64,000 bases of DNA from the IMG/VR virus record IMGVR_UViG_3300010413_000011, positions 28,701 through 92,700 of that record; one strand, given 5' to 3'. Position 1 is the first letter of the stretch. The number at the start of each line of letters is the position of its first letter. The translations under genes and the position numbers were made by a program. Under the pieces are notes generated by a model. That model saw only the letters and a program-made list of their open reading frames with translations, was not told where the DNA came from and did no database searches. Shown here in pieces: positions 17,680 to 27,181 of this stretch. Origin of the DNA: a virus.

Positions 17680-19257
17680 ATGAAATGGAATGAAGGAATC
17701 TTTAAGGCAAGAGAATTTCCAGACGAGCCGTTGAGTATGTTTTCTTGCCTAGCGGAATTGTGTAATTCGCAACCATCGGTCCCCTGGAATTATGCTGGTC
17801 GAATGATTCGAGTAACCGAAAAAGTTTCGATCGACTACGAGATAATGAAATTCGTTCGCGCTTCGGCTGACGATCCCTCTGGATTTAGCCCCGGGTTCAT
17901 ATTCGAGAATGTTTCGAGTGAGATGGCACCAGATCCGAAAACGACTCGATATCCAATCTCTGTTGTCGCTGGAATGTATGGAACCGAGGCACGAGTAAGT
18001 CGTATATTGGATTGGTGTTTAGGAACCAAAGAAAAATTCGACTTAAGTACTCCGGCCTGGCGAAAATATCAGCGAGCGTTGAACAGAACGTCACATGGCG
18101 TGGTTCGGATTTTTCCCGAAAGAGACGACTTAGGTCATGTATACGACATTCGATACGAACTCCAAGACCTTCCGATTTGTCTTCACAACGAAAGAGACGG
18201 AGGTCGATTCATCACCGGAGGTGTCCAGATCGTCTGGGATCCGGAATTCGAATGTTATGTCTCTGGTATTCACCGAATGAAGGTCATCGATAAAAATACT
18301 CTCGGGTGTTTGGCTACCGGCGAAAGAAGGATCGGTAGAGCGATAATGAAATGGCATGAACGAGGATTTAAGGCACCTGTTATTACATTAATAGGAGCCG
18401 CACCTTGCGACGTTTTCGCGTCTCAAGCCAAAGTACCTCATAACACGGATAAGTATGCTGTCGCAGATCGCTTCACACCCGGAAACGAGAAGAGAGATTT
18501 TTGTGGTTGGACTCCTTCCAAACATGCGAAATACGCTCCCGACCACTTACATATTATCCCTACAGATTCTGAAATTGTTATTTTGGGATTAGTTCCATTA
18601 GGCGAACCGAACAAACCAAACCTTATTAACGACAACCCGTTTGGGGAATTTCCTGGTACCTATTCCTTTTCGAATACTTCCGCGGCTTGGAGAGTAGAAG
18701 TAGAATATGTTATGACCAGATCCGACGCACCGATCTATCAAACCATGACCACCGGATTCCCTGTGCTCGAGGATCATATTCTTTGTGGCACGGCGAATGT
18801 TCCTTACCTCTTCGAAATTCTTCAAAGAGCCTGTTCAGAAGTGGTCGATATTAGCTTGGGAAAAGAAGGCAACTATGTTTTCGATGCTCACGTTTCCATT
18901 AAAAAGAGAATGTCTGGCGAAGCGCGCAATGTTATTTTAGCAGCGCTCTCGACCGTCACTATAAAAAGTGTTTGGATATACGACGACGACATCGACGTTC
19001 ATAATCCTCGTGACCGGCAGTTCGCATGGAACACGAGATACCAGCCTGCGACCGATACAATTATTATTGGCCATCCTTTGGTTGGTTCGAGTCTCGATCC
19101 ATCTTGTCCTGTCTTTCGGCACACGACTAAGGTAGGTTTTGACTGTACCAAACCTTTAGGTCAGGAGGATCGATACAAAAAGGCTTTGTGGCCAAAGGAT
19201 GAAATAGAAATCTATTCGAAAAAAGTACTCGATTTAATCGATAAGTGGGAGGACTAA
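17680..19257 (+). CDS. ubiD: UbiD family prFMN-dependent (de)carboxylase
   Basis: LPICLHNERDGGRFITGG, GIHRM, SEIVILG, DNPFGEFPGTY, YDDDIDVHNP, SSLDPS, KVGFDCTKP. Confidence 0.9.
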   Translation: MKWNEGIFKAREFPDEPLSMFSCLAELCNSQPSVPWNYAGRMIRVTEKVSIDYEIMKFVRASADDPSGFSPGFIFENVSSEMAPDPKTTRYPISVVAGMYGTEARVSRILDWCLGTKEKFDLSTPAWRKYQRALNRTSHGVVRIFPERDDLGHVYDIRYELQDLPICLHNERDGGRFITGGVQIVWDPEFECYVSGIHRMKVIDKNTLGCLATGERRIGRAIMKWHERGFKAPVITLIGAAPCDVFASQAKVPHNTDKYAVADRFTPGNEKRDFCGWTPSKHAKYAPDHLHIIPTDSEIVILGLVPLGEPNKPNLINDNPFGEFPGTYSFSNTSAAWRVEVEYVMTRSDAPIYQTMTTGFPVLEDHILCGTANVPYLFEILQRACSEVVDISLGKEGNYVFDAHVSIKKRMSGEARNVILAALSTVTIKSVWIYDDDIDVHNPRDRQFAWNTRYQPATDTIIIGHPLVGSSLDPSCPVFRHTTKVGFDCTKPLGQEDRYKKALWPKDEIEIYSKKVLDLIDKWED

Positions 19258-19258
19258 A

Positions 19259-19663
19259 ATGGCAAAGAAGAAAAGTTTAAACAATAGGGAAAGGGAAATC
19301 GGACGTAAGTTAGGAGTTACCCGGAGGGCTGAACACGACTATGCGACAGAGTTTGATCCTTTCGAACAAGGATACCGAGAGTCCATGGAACACGAGTCTG
19401 ACGAATTCAAATACGTTCTGCCCGGATGTTTCGGTAGGATGAATTTTTGGCCTCCTCGAGAAGAGTTGAAGGCCGTGTCTGGCATGGACGAAGGTTTCGT
19501 AATTCAAAAGGGAGTTGCTCAGTATTTGGAAGGTGAGAGACAAGCCGGGATTGTCAAAAAGTGTTTAGGTTGTTCTCAATACCAGCGATGTGCTTTGGCT
19601 ACCGTAGTTGGTAAAACTTCCTCAATCCGAGAGAAAACTAAACCTACTCCCGTAGACGAATAA
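19259..19663 (+). CDS. hypothetical Cys-containing protein
   Basis: PGCFG...KCLGCSQYQRC; GGAGG SD. Confidence 0.65.
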   Translation: MAKKKSLNNREREIGRKLGVTRRAEHDYATEFDPFEQGYRESMEHESDEFKYVLPGCFGRMNFWPPREELKAVSGMDEGFVIQKGVAQYLEGERQAGIVKKCLGCSQYQRCALATVVGKTSSIREKTKPTPVDE

Positions 19664-19683
19664 TTTTTGAGACAGGAGGAATT

Positions 19684-20649
19684 ATGAAAATCGAATTAAT
19701 GCGCCACACGGTTGAACCAGAAGAGCTGTTGGAAGAACTGGTAGAGCTTAGTTACCGGACGCAACACTTCCCGAAACACCCTGCTCTTGTCGAATTTAAG
19801 AGTGGTCGTCAAGTTCCTTTGACCCAATTGAAAAATCTTACCATGATTCCGAAACCCGGTACTGTGATCCCTGGGTTTGAAAAAGACGACGTAGAAGTTG
19901 TTAAGGTGATCCCCAGGACAGCAGAGAAGGCAGTCAGGTTCGCCATCGCCATCGGACATTTCGCTTTGTTCCGTCAGGTAACTGTAACCTGGAGAGTCGA
20001 ACTCAGCAGGAAATCTGTTCTTCATTATTTGAGATACCAACATACAGCAGAGAACATGGTGTCACAAAAATACCTCGACCAAGGTCAGTTCGAATTTATA
20101 ATGCCGACAACCCGAGATTATCCTCCCGAGGAACTCATGGTCTATAAAGAAGCAATGCAAACGATTCAGTCATATTATGAACGCCTTCGGAATTTCGGCT
20201 GGGACCCGGAGGATGCTCGACTGGTTTACCCGAACTCTGCTCTTCAAAAATTTATCTTCACCGCTAATATGGAAACCATGCGTCGGCTATTTGATATCCT
20301 ATGCGACGAGGACTACGTCGATGAGATGCATCGGTTCGGTTTGGCCATGTTGGCTACCATTAAAAAAGTTATGCCAGCGTTCGTATATGATTACAGATTC
20401 TATTCGAGGAATGACGACGGACATATTTATGCGAAGCGTCGGAGAAGAAAAGGTGGAGACAACGTTAAAGTGAATTGGACTGATCCGAATTGGATGGAGG
20501 AAGATGAGAAACGAGAAACCGACGAAGTTTGTCGACTCCAAGAAAAAATACCTAATGAGTTAATAAATTTTGCGAATGAAGGTCAACGATTCTTCACTGT
20601 AGTTCCTGAAAACGAAATTCCAGAACCGGAACATTGGGAAACAGAATGA
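19684..20649 (+). CDS. thyX: divergent ThyX-like flavin-dependent thymidylate synthase homologue
   Basis: IGHFALF, SRKSVLHYLRYQH..SQKY, PEDARLVYPN, TANM; the RHR signature is altered. Confidence 0.75.
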   Translation: MKIELMRHTVEPEELLEELVELSYRTQHFPKHPALVEFKSGRQVPLTQLKNLTMIPKPGTVIPGFEKDDVEVVKVIPRTAEKAVRFAIAIGHFALFRQVTVTWRVELSRKSVLHYLRYQHTAENMVSQKYLDQGQFEFIMPTTRDYPPEELMVYKEAMQTIQSYYERLRNFGWDPEDARLVYPNSALQKFIFTANMETMRRLFDILCDEDYVDEMHRFGLAMLATIKKVMPAFVYDYRFYSRNDDGHIYAKRRRRKGGDNVKVNWTDPNWMEEDEKRETDEVCRLQEKIPNELINFANEGQRFFTVVPENEIPEPEHWETE

Positions 20650-20825
20650 AAGTAGTCGCAACACAACTAAAACTCGAGAACATAGAAATTCTCCACAATG
20701 CGAAGAAGGGAGATACGCTCTCCCTAAAAATAATTAATACGCAGGAAGTGCCACTTGATGAAGACGGACTCGACCCAGACAGCTGTCTCTTGGTTCTCTT
20801 CGGACGATTGGGAACCGGGAACTAA
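20646..20825 (+). CDS. small hypothetical protein
   Basis: ATGA overlap with the ThyX-like stop codon. Confidence 0.45.
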   Translation: MKVVATQLKLENIEILHNAKKGDTLSLKIINTQEVPLDEDGLDPDSCLLVLFGRLGTGN

Positions 20826-21897
20826 CGATAGAATAGGTTTTGAAAAAGTTTGCAATAAAGGAGTGCGCCGAGACACTTACAACGGTTTATACTTTAAGGG
20901 TGGATCAGGCGCCTCTGAATTTTTCAAAACCGAGCCAGATCAAAAGCAGATCAAAATTCATCGAACCAAGATCTTCTTAACCACTACTCGAGCACAACAC
21001 ATGTGGGGCCTTCTCGACGCGAACTACCCTTACATTTTAATGTCGTTTTGGTACTACAAGACCGTGACAAATGTTTTCGGTTCCCTCCGGAATGCCTTTG
21101 CTGCTCGAGATAAAAACATCGACGATTTCGAAATTATGGTAGATAGCGGCTCGTACAGTGCTACGGTCAAAGGTACCTCGGTAGATCTGGATACTTATAT
21201 TGAATGGCTCTACCACGAAGAGGATAATGTCGATTGGTATGTTAACCTCGATACTCAGTTCAAACCAGAAGAGGGACTTCGAAACTGGGCGATCCTTTGT
21301 GCGAACGGATTACATGACGCCATTCATGTCCACCATAGACCAGAGCCTTGGAAGTACTGGGATATTATAGCAGATCATTGTGGAGAGTTTGGAGGTCTTA
21401 GTCCGATGCCTCGAGCAAAGAGAGGCGTTAAACTCGAGTACTTTACCAAAGCTCATTCAATGCACCCACAGAAGAAACTTCATTGGTTTGGCTCTGTCGA
21501 TAAAGAGTTGGCCAAAATGTTCGATGTATATTCTATGGACTGCTCGAGTGCTGACGCGGTCGCTTATCGCGGGATTGTTTGGACTCCTTGGGGAGCGGTT
21601 AACCTGGGTTTTAACCCGAACTACAGTAATCACATTGATCGCTTACCTCTTGACATCCGCTCTAAGGTCACCGAATGGTTTATGACACATGGTTTTGAGC
21701 TTCATGATTTAAGGCCCGGGAGACCCTATATGCCTTCGCATAGATTCAGAATTTATTTCAACGCACTGGGTTATCTCGCGTCCATGGTCGAGATTGAAAA
21801 AGAGAAAAGTTTAATTGAGTTACCAGATCCAGAATGGATTCGGTCTTCGGAAATTTATACTAATTATGAAAGTGAGTTACCAAAAGGATGGAAGTGA
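20755..21897 (+). CDS. TGT/DpdA-like base-exchange protein, paralog 1
   Basis: ILMSFWY, MVDSGSYS, YVNLD, IHVHH, LHWFG, YSMDCSS; start uncertain. Confidence 0.7.
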   Translation: MMKTDSTQTAVSWFSSDDWEPGTNDRIGFEKVCNKGVRRDTYNGLYFKGGSGASEFFKTEPDQKQIKIHRTKIFLTTTRAQHMWGLLDANYPYILMSFWYYKTVTNVFGSLRNAFAARDKNIDDFEIMVDSGSYSATVKGTSVDLDTYIEWLYHEEDNVDWYVNLDTQFKPEEGLRNWAILCANGLHDAIHVHHRPEPWKYWDIIADHCGEFGGLSPMPRAKRGVKLEYFTKAHSMHPQKKLHWFGSVDKELAKMFDVYSMDCSSADAVAYRGIVWTPWGAVNLGFNPNYSNHIDRLPLDIRSKVTEWFMTHGFELHDLRPGRPYMPSHRFRIYFNALGYLASMVEIEKEKSLIELPDPEWIRSSEIYTNYESELPKGWK

Positions 21898-22124
21898 TGG
21901 CAACCTCGTATTTTAGAGGTCACAAAGGTTGGTACGACAATATTGAAAAAGTATGGAAGTATTTCGATACCAATCTTCCTATCGATCCTCGTCGCCCTTG
22001 TGTCCGATGTGGTAAAGAACCCACTCCCGAAGGTCATGACGCGTGTTTGGGACGGCTAGACGGTGCGTGGTCAGCCTGTTGTGGTCATGGAGTAATAGAA
22101 CCATATTTAAAAATTACATTATGA
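21888..22124 (+). CDS. small Cys-rich phage protein
   Basis: RPCVRCG..TPEGHDACLG.L.G..SACCGHG. Confidence 0.7.
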   Translation: MEVMATSYFRGHKGWYDNIEKVWKYFDTNLPIDPRRPCVRCGKEPTPEGHDACLGRLDGAWSACCGHGVIEPYLKITL

Positions 22125-23143
22125 GAAACCCTACAACATTTAAAGTCGGAACCGGTCGAGTCATGGTCCCGCACGATCACAAAAAGACTCGACTTTTTCT
22201 TGCCGTTAGTAACATGACAAGTTTTAGACCGATCGTCCGCTATACCTATCCATATCTTTTGATGAGTTATGCCTTTCTGAGAAGGTGGTGTCGGAGTTGG
22301 CGCTGTAACTCGATGAAGGAACTCTTTGCTTTATATGGTGGTGACATTCGAGACTTCAAAATAATGATTGACAGCGGTTCCTATACAGTCACGACTAAAG
22401 GAATTAATATAACAATTGACGACTATATAGAATTCCTATATGAAGAATGGGGTTCCTATAATTGGTATGTCAATTTGGATCTCCAATTTAAACCCGAAGT
22501 TGGCCTCGAGAACTATTTAATAATGTGCGCCAACGGCCTTCACGACGCAATTCATGTTCATCACCGACCGGAACCCTGGAAGTATTGGGATATGATTTGT
22601 AACGATATGGGTCCGTATGCCGGGCTCAGTCCCATGCCCAGGGCTTCAATGACGATCAAGAGAGAATATTTTTTGAAGGCCCATTCAATGCATCCCGATG
22701 TAAAAGTTCATTGGTTTGGGTCTGGCGCAATAACATTAATCAAACAGTTCGGTCCTTACTCTGTAGATGTTTCCTCTTATACTCAGATGGCTGGAATGGG
22801 TCATTGCTATTTTCCTTTTGGTACTTTCTACTTTGGTAGAAATACTTCGATTAAAAATTATTATGGAAACCTCGATAGTTCAATTCGAAAACAAATAAGA
22901 AAGTATCTCAAAACCGTTCCCCATTTTGTCGAAGATCGATTTATTAAACCCGAAGATCTGTTGTCACCAGTTCAAGATGAAACGGAAGCTCGTACCGCAG
23001 TCAATGTATGGTACTTCATGACTCATCTTCAATCGGCAATAAACGAAGAAAGAAATCTTTTGTCTCTTGAGGATGGTGACTTAATTCGCTACTCACCGTG
23101 GTATCACGGATGGGAAGATAAACCAATAGAGAAATGGAGTTGA
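22121..23143 (+). CDS. TGT/DpdA-like base-exchange protein, paralog 2
   Basis: LLMSYAF, MIDSGSYT, YVNLD, VHWFG, YSVDVSS; shares CANGLHDAIHVHHRPEPWKYWD with paralog 1; ATGA overlap. Confidence 0.7.
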   Translation: MRNPTTFKVGTGRVMVPHDHKKTRLFLAVSNMTSFRPIVRYTYPYLLMSYAFLRRWCRSWRCNSMKELFALYGGDIRDFKIMIDSGSYTVTTKGINITIDDYIEFLYEEWGSYNWYVNLDLQFKPEVGLENYLIMCANGLHDAIHVHHRPEPWKYWDMICNDMGPYAGLSPMPRASMTIKREYFLKAHSMHPDVKVHWFGSGAITLIKQFGPYSVDVSSYTQMAGMGHCYFPFGTFYFGRNTSIKNYYGNLDSSIRKQIRKYLKTVPHFVEDRFIKPEDLLSPVQDETEARTAVNVWYFMTHLQSAINEERNLLSLEDGDLIRYSPWYHGWEDKPIEKWS

Positions 23144-23146
23144 AAA

Positions 23147-25261
23147 ATGACAGAATTGAATCCAAACGTTGTAACGTTATTGAAAAAAAGATACCTAAAA
23201 ATAAAAGAGGACGGATCACAAGAAACACCCGACGAGATGTTCGAGCGCGTTGCCAAACACGTCGGTGGCGCTGTATCCGTTGGAGCTTGGGAAGTGTTTA
23301 AATCAGTCCTCTGCGAATGGGATAGCGCCACAACTTATTTCGAAGAAGTAATAAAAAGTTTACATTTTATGCCTAGCACCCCTTGTTTGATGAATGCCGG
23401 TTCTCCAAACGGTCAACTATCTGCCTGTTTTGTTTTGCCGGTCAAGGACACCTTGTTAGGACCTGGGTCGATCATGGGAACTCTCCAAGATATGGTAGCC
23501 GTTCATCGATCTGGCGGAGGGACCGGATTCGATTTCTCTAACACAAGGCCGAAAGGAGCAACAGTTTGGTCGACCGGAGGGAAGACGGATGGACCTCTGG
23601 CATGGATTTCAATTTACGATGAGGCGTCTGAAGCTGTCAAACAAGGCGGTAAACGACATGGTGCGAATATGGGAATCCTAAGTATCCACCATCCCGACAT
23701 ACTCAGTTTTATAAAAGCTAAACAAGAAAGTGGCAAGTACGAAAATTTCAATTTTAGCGTTGCCGTTACAGACGAGTTTATGGACATGCTAAAAGAAAAT
23801 CCTGGTGAAAACTGGTCTGCGTTTTTCGATAACGGGGATGAATTGATTCGCGAGGAGTTCAATGTTGGTGAACTCTGGAATTCACTTTGTCAATCGGCGT
23901 GGGAGAGCGGTGAACCAGGAGTTTTCTTCATTGATGTCGTTAACGAATTTAATCCTTTTGAGGAAAAAATAACTTCGACCAATCCGTGTGGTGAACAACC
24001 TTTGTTACCGTATGAGTCTTGTAATTTAGGTCATATTAATTTGTCGAAGTTATATGATCCTAATGGCGAAGACTTTATTAATCATGAGTCATTCAGAAAA
24101 CTTTGTTGGTTGGCAGTTTTATTTCTTGACTCTTGTATTGACATCAATTGTTATCCAATAAAACAAATTGAGACCGCTACCTTCAACACAAGAAAAATAG
24201 GAGTTGGAGTTTTAGGCTTTGCCGATTTATTATTGAAGGCAGGAGTACCTTACTCTTCTGATCGAGCTGTCGAAATTGCAGATGTGATTGCTTCGTCTCT
24301 TACCAGATATACAGATCAAGCATCAACAGTTCTCGGTAAAGCTCTAGGTAACTACCCTGCCGTCGTTATGTGTAAAGATGTAAGTCGAAGAAAACACTTT
24401 CCGAAACGGCGAAACCTTACAACAACTACGATCGCTCCAACGGGCATTACTTCTTGGATATGTGGTGCTTCGTCAGCTATTGAACCGGTGTTCGCTTGGG
24501 AAACAGACAAATATGTTCTCGAGCAGACTATGAAAGAGGTTCATCCTATCTATAAAAAATGGCGTGAAGAGAATCCTCCTAATACAGTAAATTTACCAGA
24601 ATATTTTGAAGTCGCTCACGACATACCGGCCGAGCAACATGTTAAGGTCCAAGCGGCTTTTCAAAAACATATTCACTCGGGAGTATCGAAAACAATTAAT
24701 CTCCCCGAGTCGGCAACGCCCGAAGACATTTCAAACATTTATAAATTTGCTTGGGAATTAGGATGTAAGGGAGTTACGATCTACCGAGATATGAGCAGAG
24801 ACAATCAGGTACTTGCTAAAAAAGGTTCTCGGATTAAACAAGTCGACGTAGAACGACCGGATTCAATACCAGGAGAAATTCATAAAATTCAGGTAGACAT
24901 TGGTAAGGAGAAATTATCTAACGTTTATTGTGCGGTCGGTTTCAAAGAACAGGGTGTACCATTCGAGGTTTTCATAATTGCTCATCCAAAAGGAATGAAA
25001 GATGTTCAATTTATGGAAACTCTTACTCGATGCGTTTCTCTCTGCCTAAGATATAAAGTTCCCCTGCCCTCCCTTATTAAACAGTTGAAAAAAGTAGAGG
25101 GTACAGCCCTGGGTTCTCTACCGACTGAAATTGCTCGAGTCCTCGAGTTGTATACAGAGAACCCGACCTGGGTTTGTCCAGAATGTAATTGTCGACAACC
25201 GATCGAAGGAATCACTCGGTGTCGAACTTGTAGGAATTGTAATCACCAAGAGTGCGGATAA
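23147..25261 (+). CDS. nrdJ: class II (adenosylcobalamin) ribonucleotide reductase
   Basis: [47 protein letters not shown]-terminal Zn ribbon; no NrdB gene seen. Confidence 0.92.
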   Translation: MTELNPNVVTLLKKRYLKIKEDGSQETPDEMFERVAKHVGGAVSVGAWEVFKSVLCEWDSATTYFEEVIKSLHFMPSTPCLMNAGSPNGQLSACFVLPVKDTLLGPGSIMGTLQDMVAVHRSGGGTGFDFSNTRPKGATVWSTGGKTDGPLAWISIYDEASEAVKQGGKRHGANMGILSIHHPDILSFIKAKQESGKYENFNFSVAVTDEFMDMLKENPGENWSAFFDNGDELIREEFNVGELWNSLCQSAWESGEPGVFFIDVVNEFNPFEEKITSTNPCGEQPLLPYESCNLGHINLSKLYDPNGEDFINHESFRKLCWLAVLFLDSCIDINCYPIKQIETATFNTRKIGVGVLGFADLLLKAGVPYSSDRAVEIADVIASSLTRYTDQASTVLGKALGNYPAVVMCKDVSRRKHFPKRRNLTTTTIAPTGITSWICGASSAIEPVFAWETDKYVLEQTMKEVHPIYKKWREENPPNTVNLPEYFEVAHDIPAEQHVKVQAAFQKHIHSGVSKTINLPESATPEDISNIYKFAWELGCKGVTIYRDMSRDNQVLAKKGSRIKQVDVERPDSIPGEIHKIQVDIGKEKLSNVYCAVGFKEQGVPFEVFIIAHPKGMKDVQFMETLTRCVSLCLRYKVPLPSLIKQLKKVEGTALGSLPTEIARVLELYTENPTWVCPECNCRQPIEGITRCRTCRNCNHQECG

Positions 25262-25271
25262 GGAGGAAACC

Positions 25272-25511
25272 ATGATTAACATTCAATGTGGTTGTTGCGA
25301 AAAAGTATTCAGACCAAGCCTCGAGGACCTTGACGTTTTTACAGGGCCTGACGGGTACCTTCACATTCGGTTCAGCTGTTCTAACTGTAACGAGTTGTCA
25401 ATTTGGAGGTCTGGGCAGAAGGGTCAGGTCGAGCAGGACAAGATAGCTGACCTAAGGAAAATGGAGGCACACGAAAAAACAAAGGCGAGGCAAGCCGGAA
25501 TAAAGGTTTAG
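25272..25511 (+). CDS. small Zn-ribbon protein
   Basis: AAGGAGG SD; CGCC...CSNC. Confidence 0.6.
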   Translation: MINIQCGCCEKVFRPSLEDLDVFTGPDGYLHIRFSCSNCNELSIWRSGQKGQVEQDKIADLRKMEAHEKTKARQAGIKV

Positions 25512-25598
25512 TTATGGCTTGGACAAAAATAGAGGCGGCTGAAACAAATATTACTCATCATGGGACAGAGACATTATTCGACGACATAAGGAGTTATA

Positions 25599-26594
25599 AT
25601 GGCGAAAAAATTCAAAAAGAAAAAGAGCAGTCTGAAAAAGGATGCAGAGGCTATTGCCAAAGAATTTGGCGAGTCTGTATTAATTTTGGATCCCGATTCC
25701 GCAGACGACGTTCTCGTTAAAGGAGTACCGTCGTTCTCTACTGGATCGATGGCCCTAGACCTTTGTCTGGGTACCGGAGGAGTTCCGGTAGGTCGAATCG
25801 TAGAGGTCTTCGGTCCTGAGGCGGGAGGAAAAACAACTCTGGCGTTACATATTGTCGCCTCCTGTCAGAAGGAAGGCAACCTCGCGGCGTATATAGACGC
25901 CGAGCATGCTCTTGACCTTCGGTATGCCCAGAAGATTGGAGTCGATACTGCTGCCCTTCTTTTCTCTCAACCTGATAGTGGAGAGCAGGCTTTACAATTG
26001 GCTGACAAACTATGTTCCAAAAAGCAGATCAGCGTTATCGTTATCGACTCGGTTGCGGCCTTAATACCAAAGGCAGAGTTGGAAGGTGAAGTAGGCGAGT
26101 CTAAAGGCGGTATGGCTCTACACGCTCGATTAATGTCTCAGTCACTTCGCCGACTAAATCTGAAGGCTTCGAAAACCAAGACCCTCGTAATTTTTATCAA
26201 CCAAATAAGAGAGAAACCAGGCGTTATGTTTGGCAACCCGGAGACGACAACCGGTGGTAACGCTCTCAAGTTCTATGCTTCGGTGCGATTAAGGATCTCG
26301 AGATCGAAAAGTATGAAGCAGGGAAATAAGATAGTTGGCTTCAATACGAAGGTCCAGGTAGCCAAAAATAAATTGAGTGCTCCTTACAAAACCGCTAACC
26401 TTCAATTACTTTTCTCTCAAGGTTTCGATGAGACCTTTGGGATTGCTGATGCTCTGGTAACAATGAACCTTTGTAGAAAATCGAAACGCGGGCTCAAGAT
26501 TTTATTCGGAGACCAAAAAGGAGAGTTCCTCGAGGAGGACTCCGAAGAGTTGGTCGAGTTCGCAAAAGAGATTTTGGATGAGTTGAAGGAATAG
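25599..26594 (+). CDS. recA: RecA recombinase
   Basis: STGSMALD, GPEAGGKTT, IDAEHALD, IDSVAAL, NQIREK, TTGGNALKFYASVR. Confidence 0.95.
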   Translation: MAKKFKKKKSSLKKDAEAIAKEFGESVLILDPDSADDVLVKGVPSFSTGSMALDLCLGTGGVPVGRIVEVFGPEAGGKTTLALHIVASCQKEGNLAAYIDAEHALDLRYAQKIGVDTAALLFSQPDSGEQALQLADKLCSKKQISVIVIDSVAALIPKAELEGEVGESKGGMALHARLMSQSLRRLNLKASKTKTLVIFINQIREKPGVMFGNPETTTGGNALKFYASVRLRISRSKSMKQGNKIVGFNTKVQVAKNKLSAPYKTANLQLLFSQGFDETFGIADALVTMNLCRKSKRGLKILFGDQKGEFLEEDSEELVEFAKEILDELKE

Positions 26595-26597
26595 AAA

Positions 26598-27137
26598 ATG
26601 CCAGGTCCTAAATTTCCAATATTAGTGGACGAGAACTATCGGAAGTGTCCAGAGTGCGGTTCAATTTTGGTCCGACTGTCAAAAGATCCGCCCGATTATT
26701 GTGACAACTGTGGATGGACTGAGAAGCAAGTCGGTGAATACCCAGGTTCGTTAAAAGCAGAAGCTATTGAAATTTTAGAAAATGGTCCTGAAGTTTCTGT
26801 CTATCTTTTTATTGATCAACTAGGAGGATTTCTTTGGCGAACACATCATGATGCTGCTCACGGGCGAATCAAAATAACTGAAAAATTACAAAAGGACATA
26901 ACTAATACTCAATATGCCGTAGAATATGCTGTATTGAAATCTAGAAGATTCGGAGTAGAAATCGAGACACCGGAAAAAGGGAAACATATAGTTCGTACAG
27001 AGTCATATAATAAATGGTTTAGATGGTGGGATGACTACGTTAGCGGGCTGTTAGAGGAACAGTTCCGAGACCTAGATCATCTACTGGCTACCAATCAAGA
27101 CGTCTCAATGTATCGACCGAAAGGCGATTGGAAATAA
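26598..27137 (+). CDS. hypothetical protein with N-terminal Zn ribbon
   Basis: CPECGS...CDNCG. Confidence 0.65.
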   Translation: MPGPKFPILVDENYRKCPECGSILVRLSKDPPDYCDNCGWTEKQVGEYPGSLKAEAIEILENGPEVSVYLFIDQLGGFLWRTHHDAAHGRIKITEKLQKDITNTQYAVEYAVLKSRRFGVEIETPEKGKHIVRTESYNKWFRWWDDYVSGLLEEQFRDLDHLLATNQDVSMYRPKGDWK

Positions 27138-27181
27138 AAACGGGTCAAGAAGAAATTCTGGATAAGTTGAAGGAGTAAAAA

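Noticed and set aside
14852-19257. Host chromosomal DNA or prophage boundary
   Set aside because: Genes are translationally coupled to phage replication genes, share the same composition and TCGA richness, and no integrase or att-like junction is visible; a coverage check is still advisable
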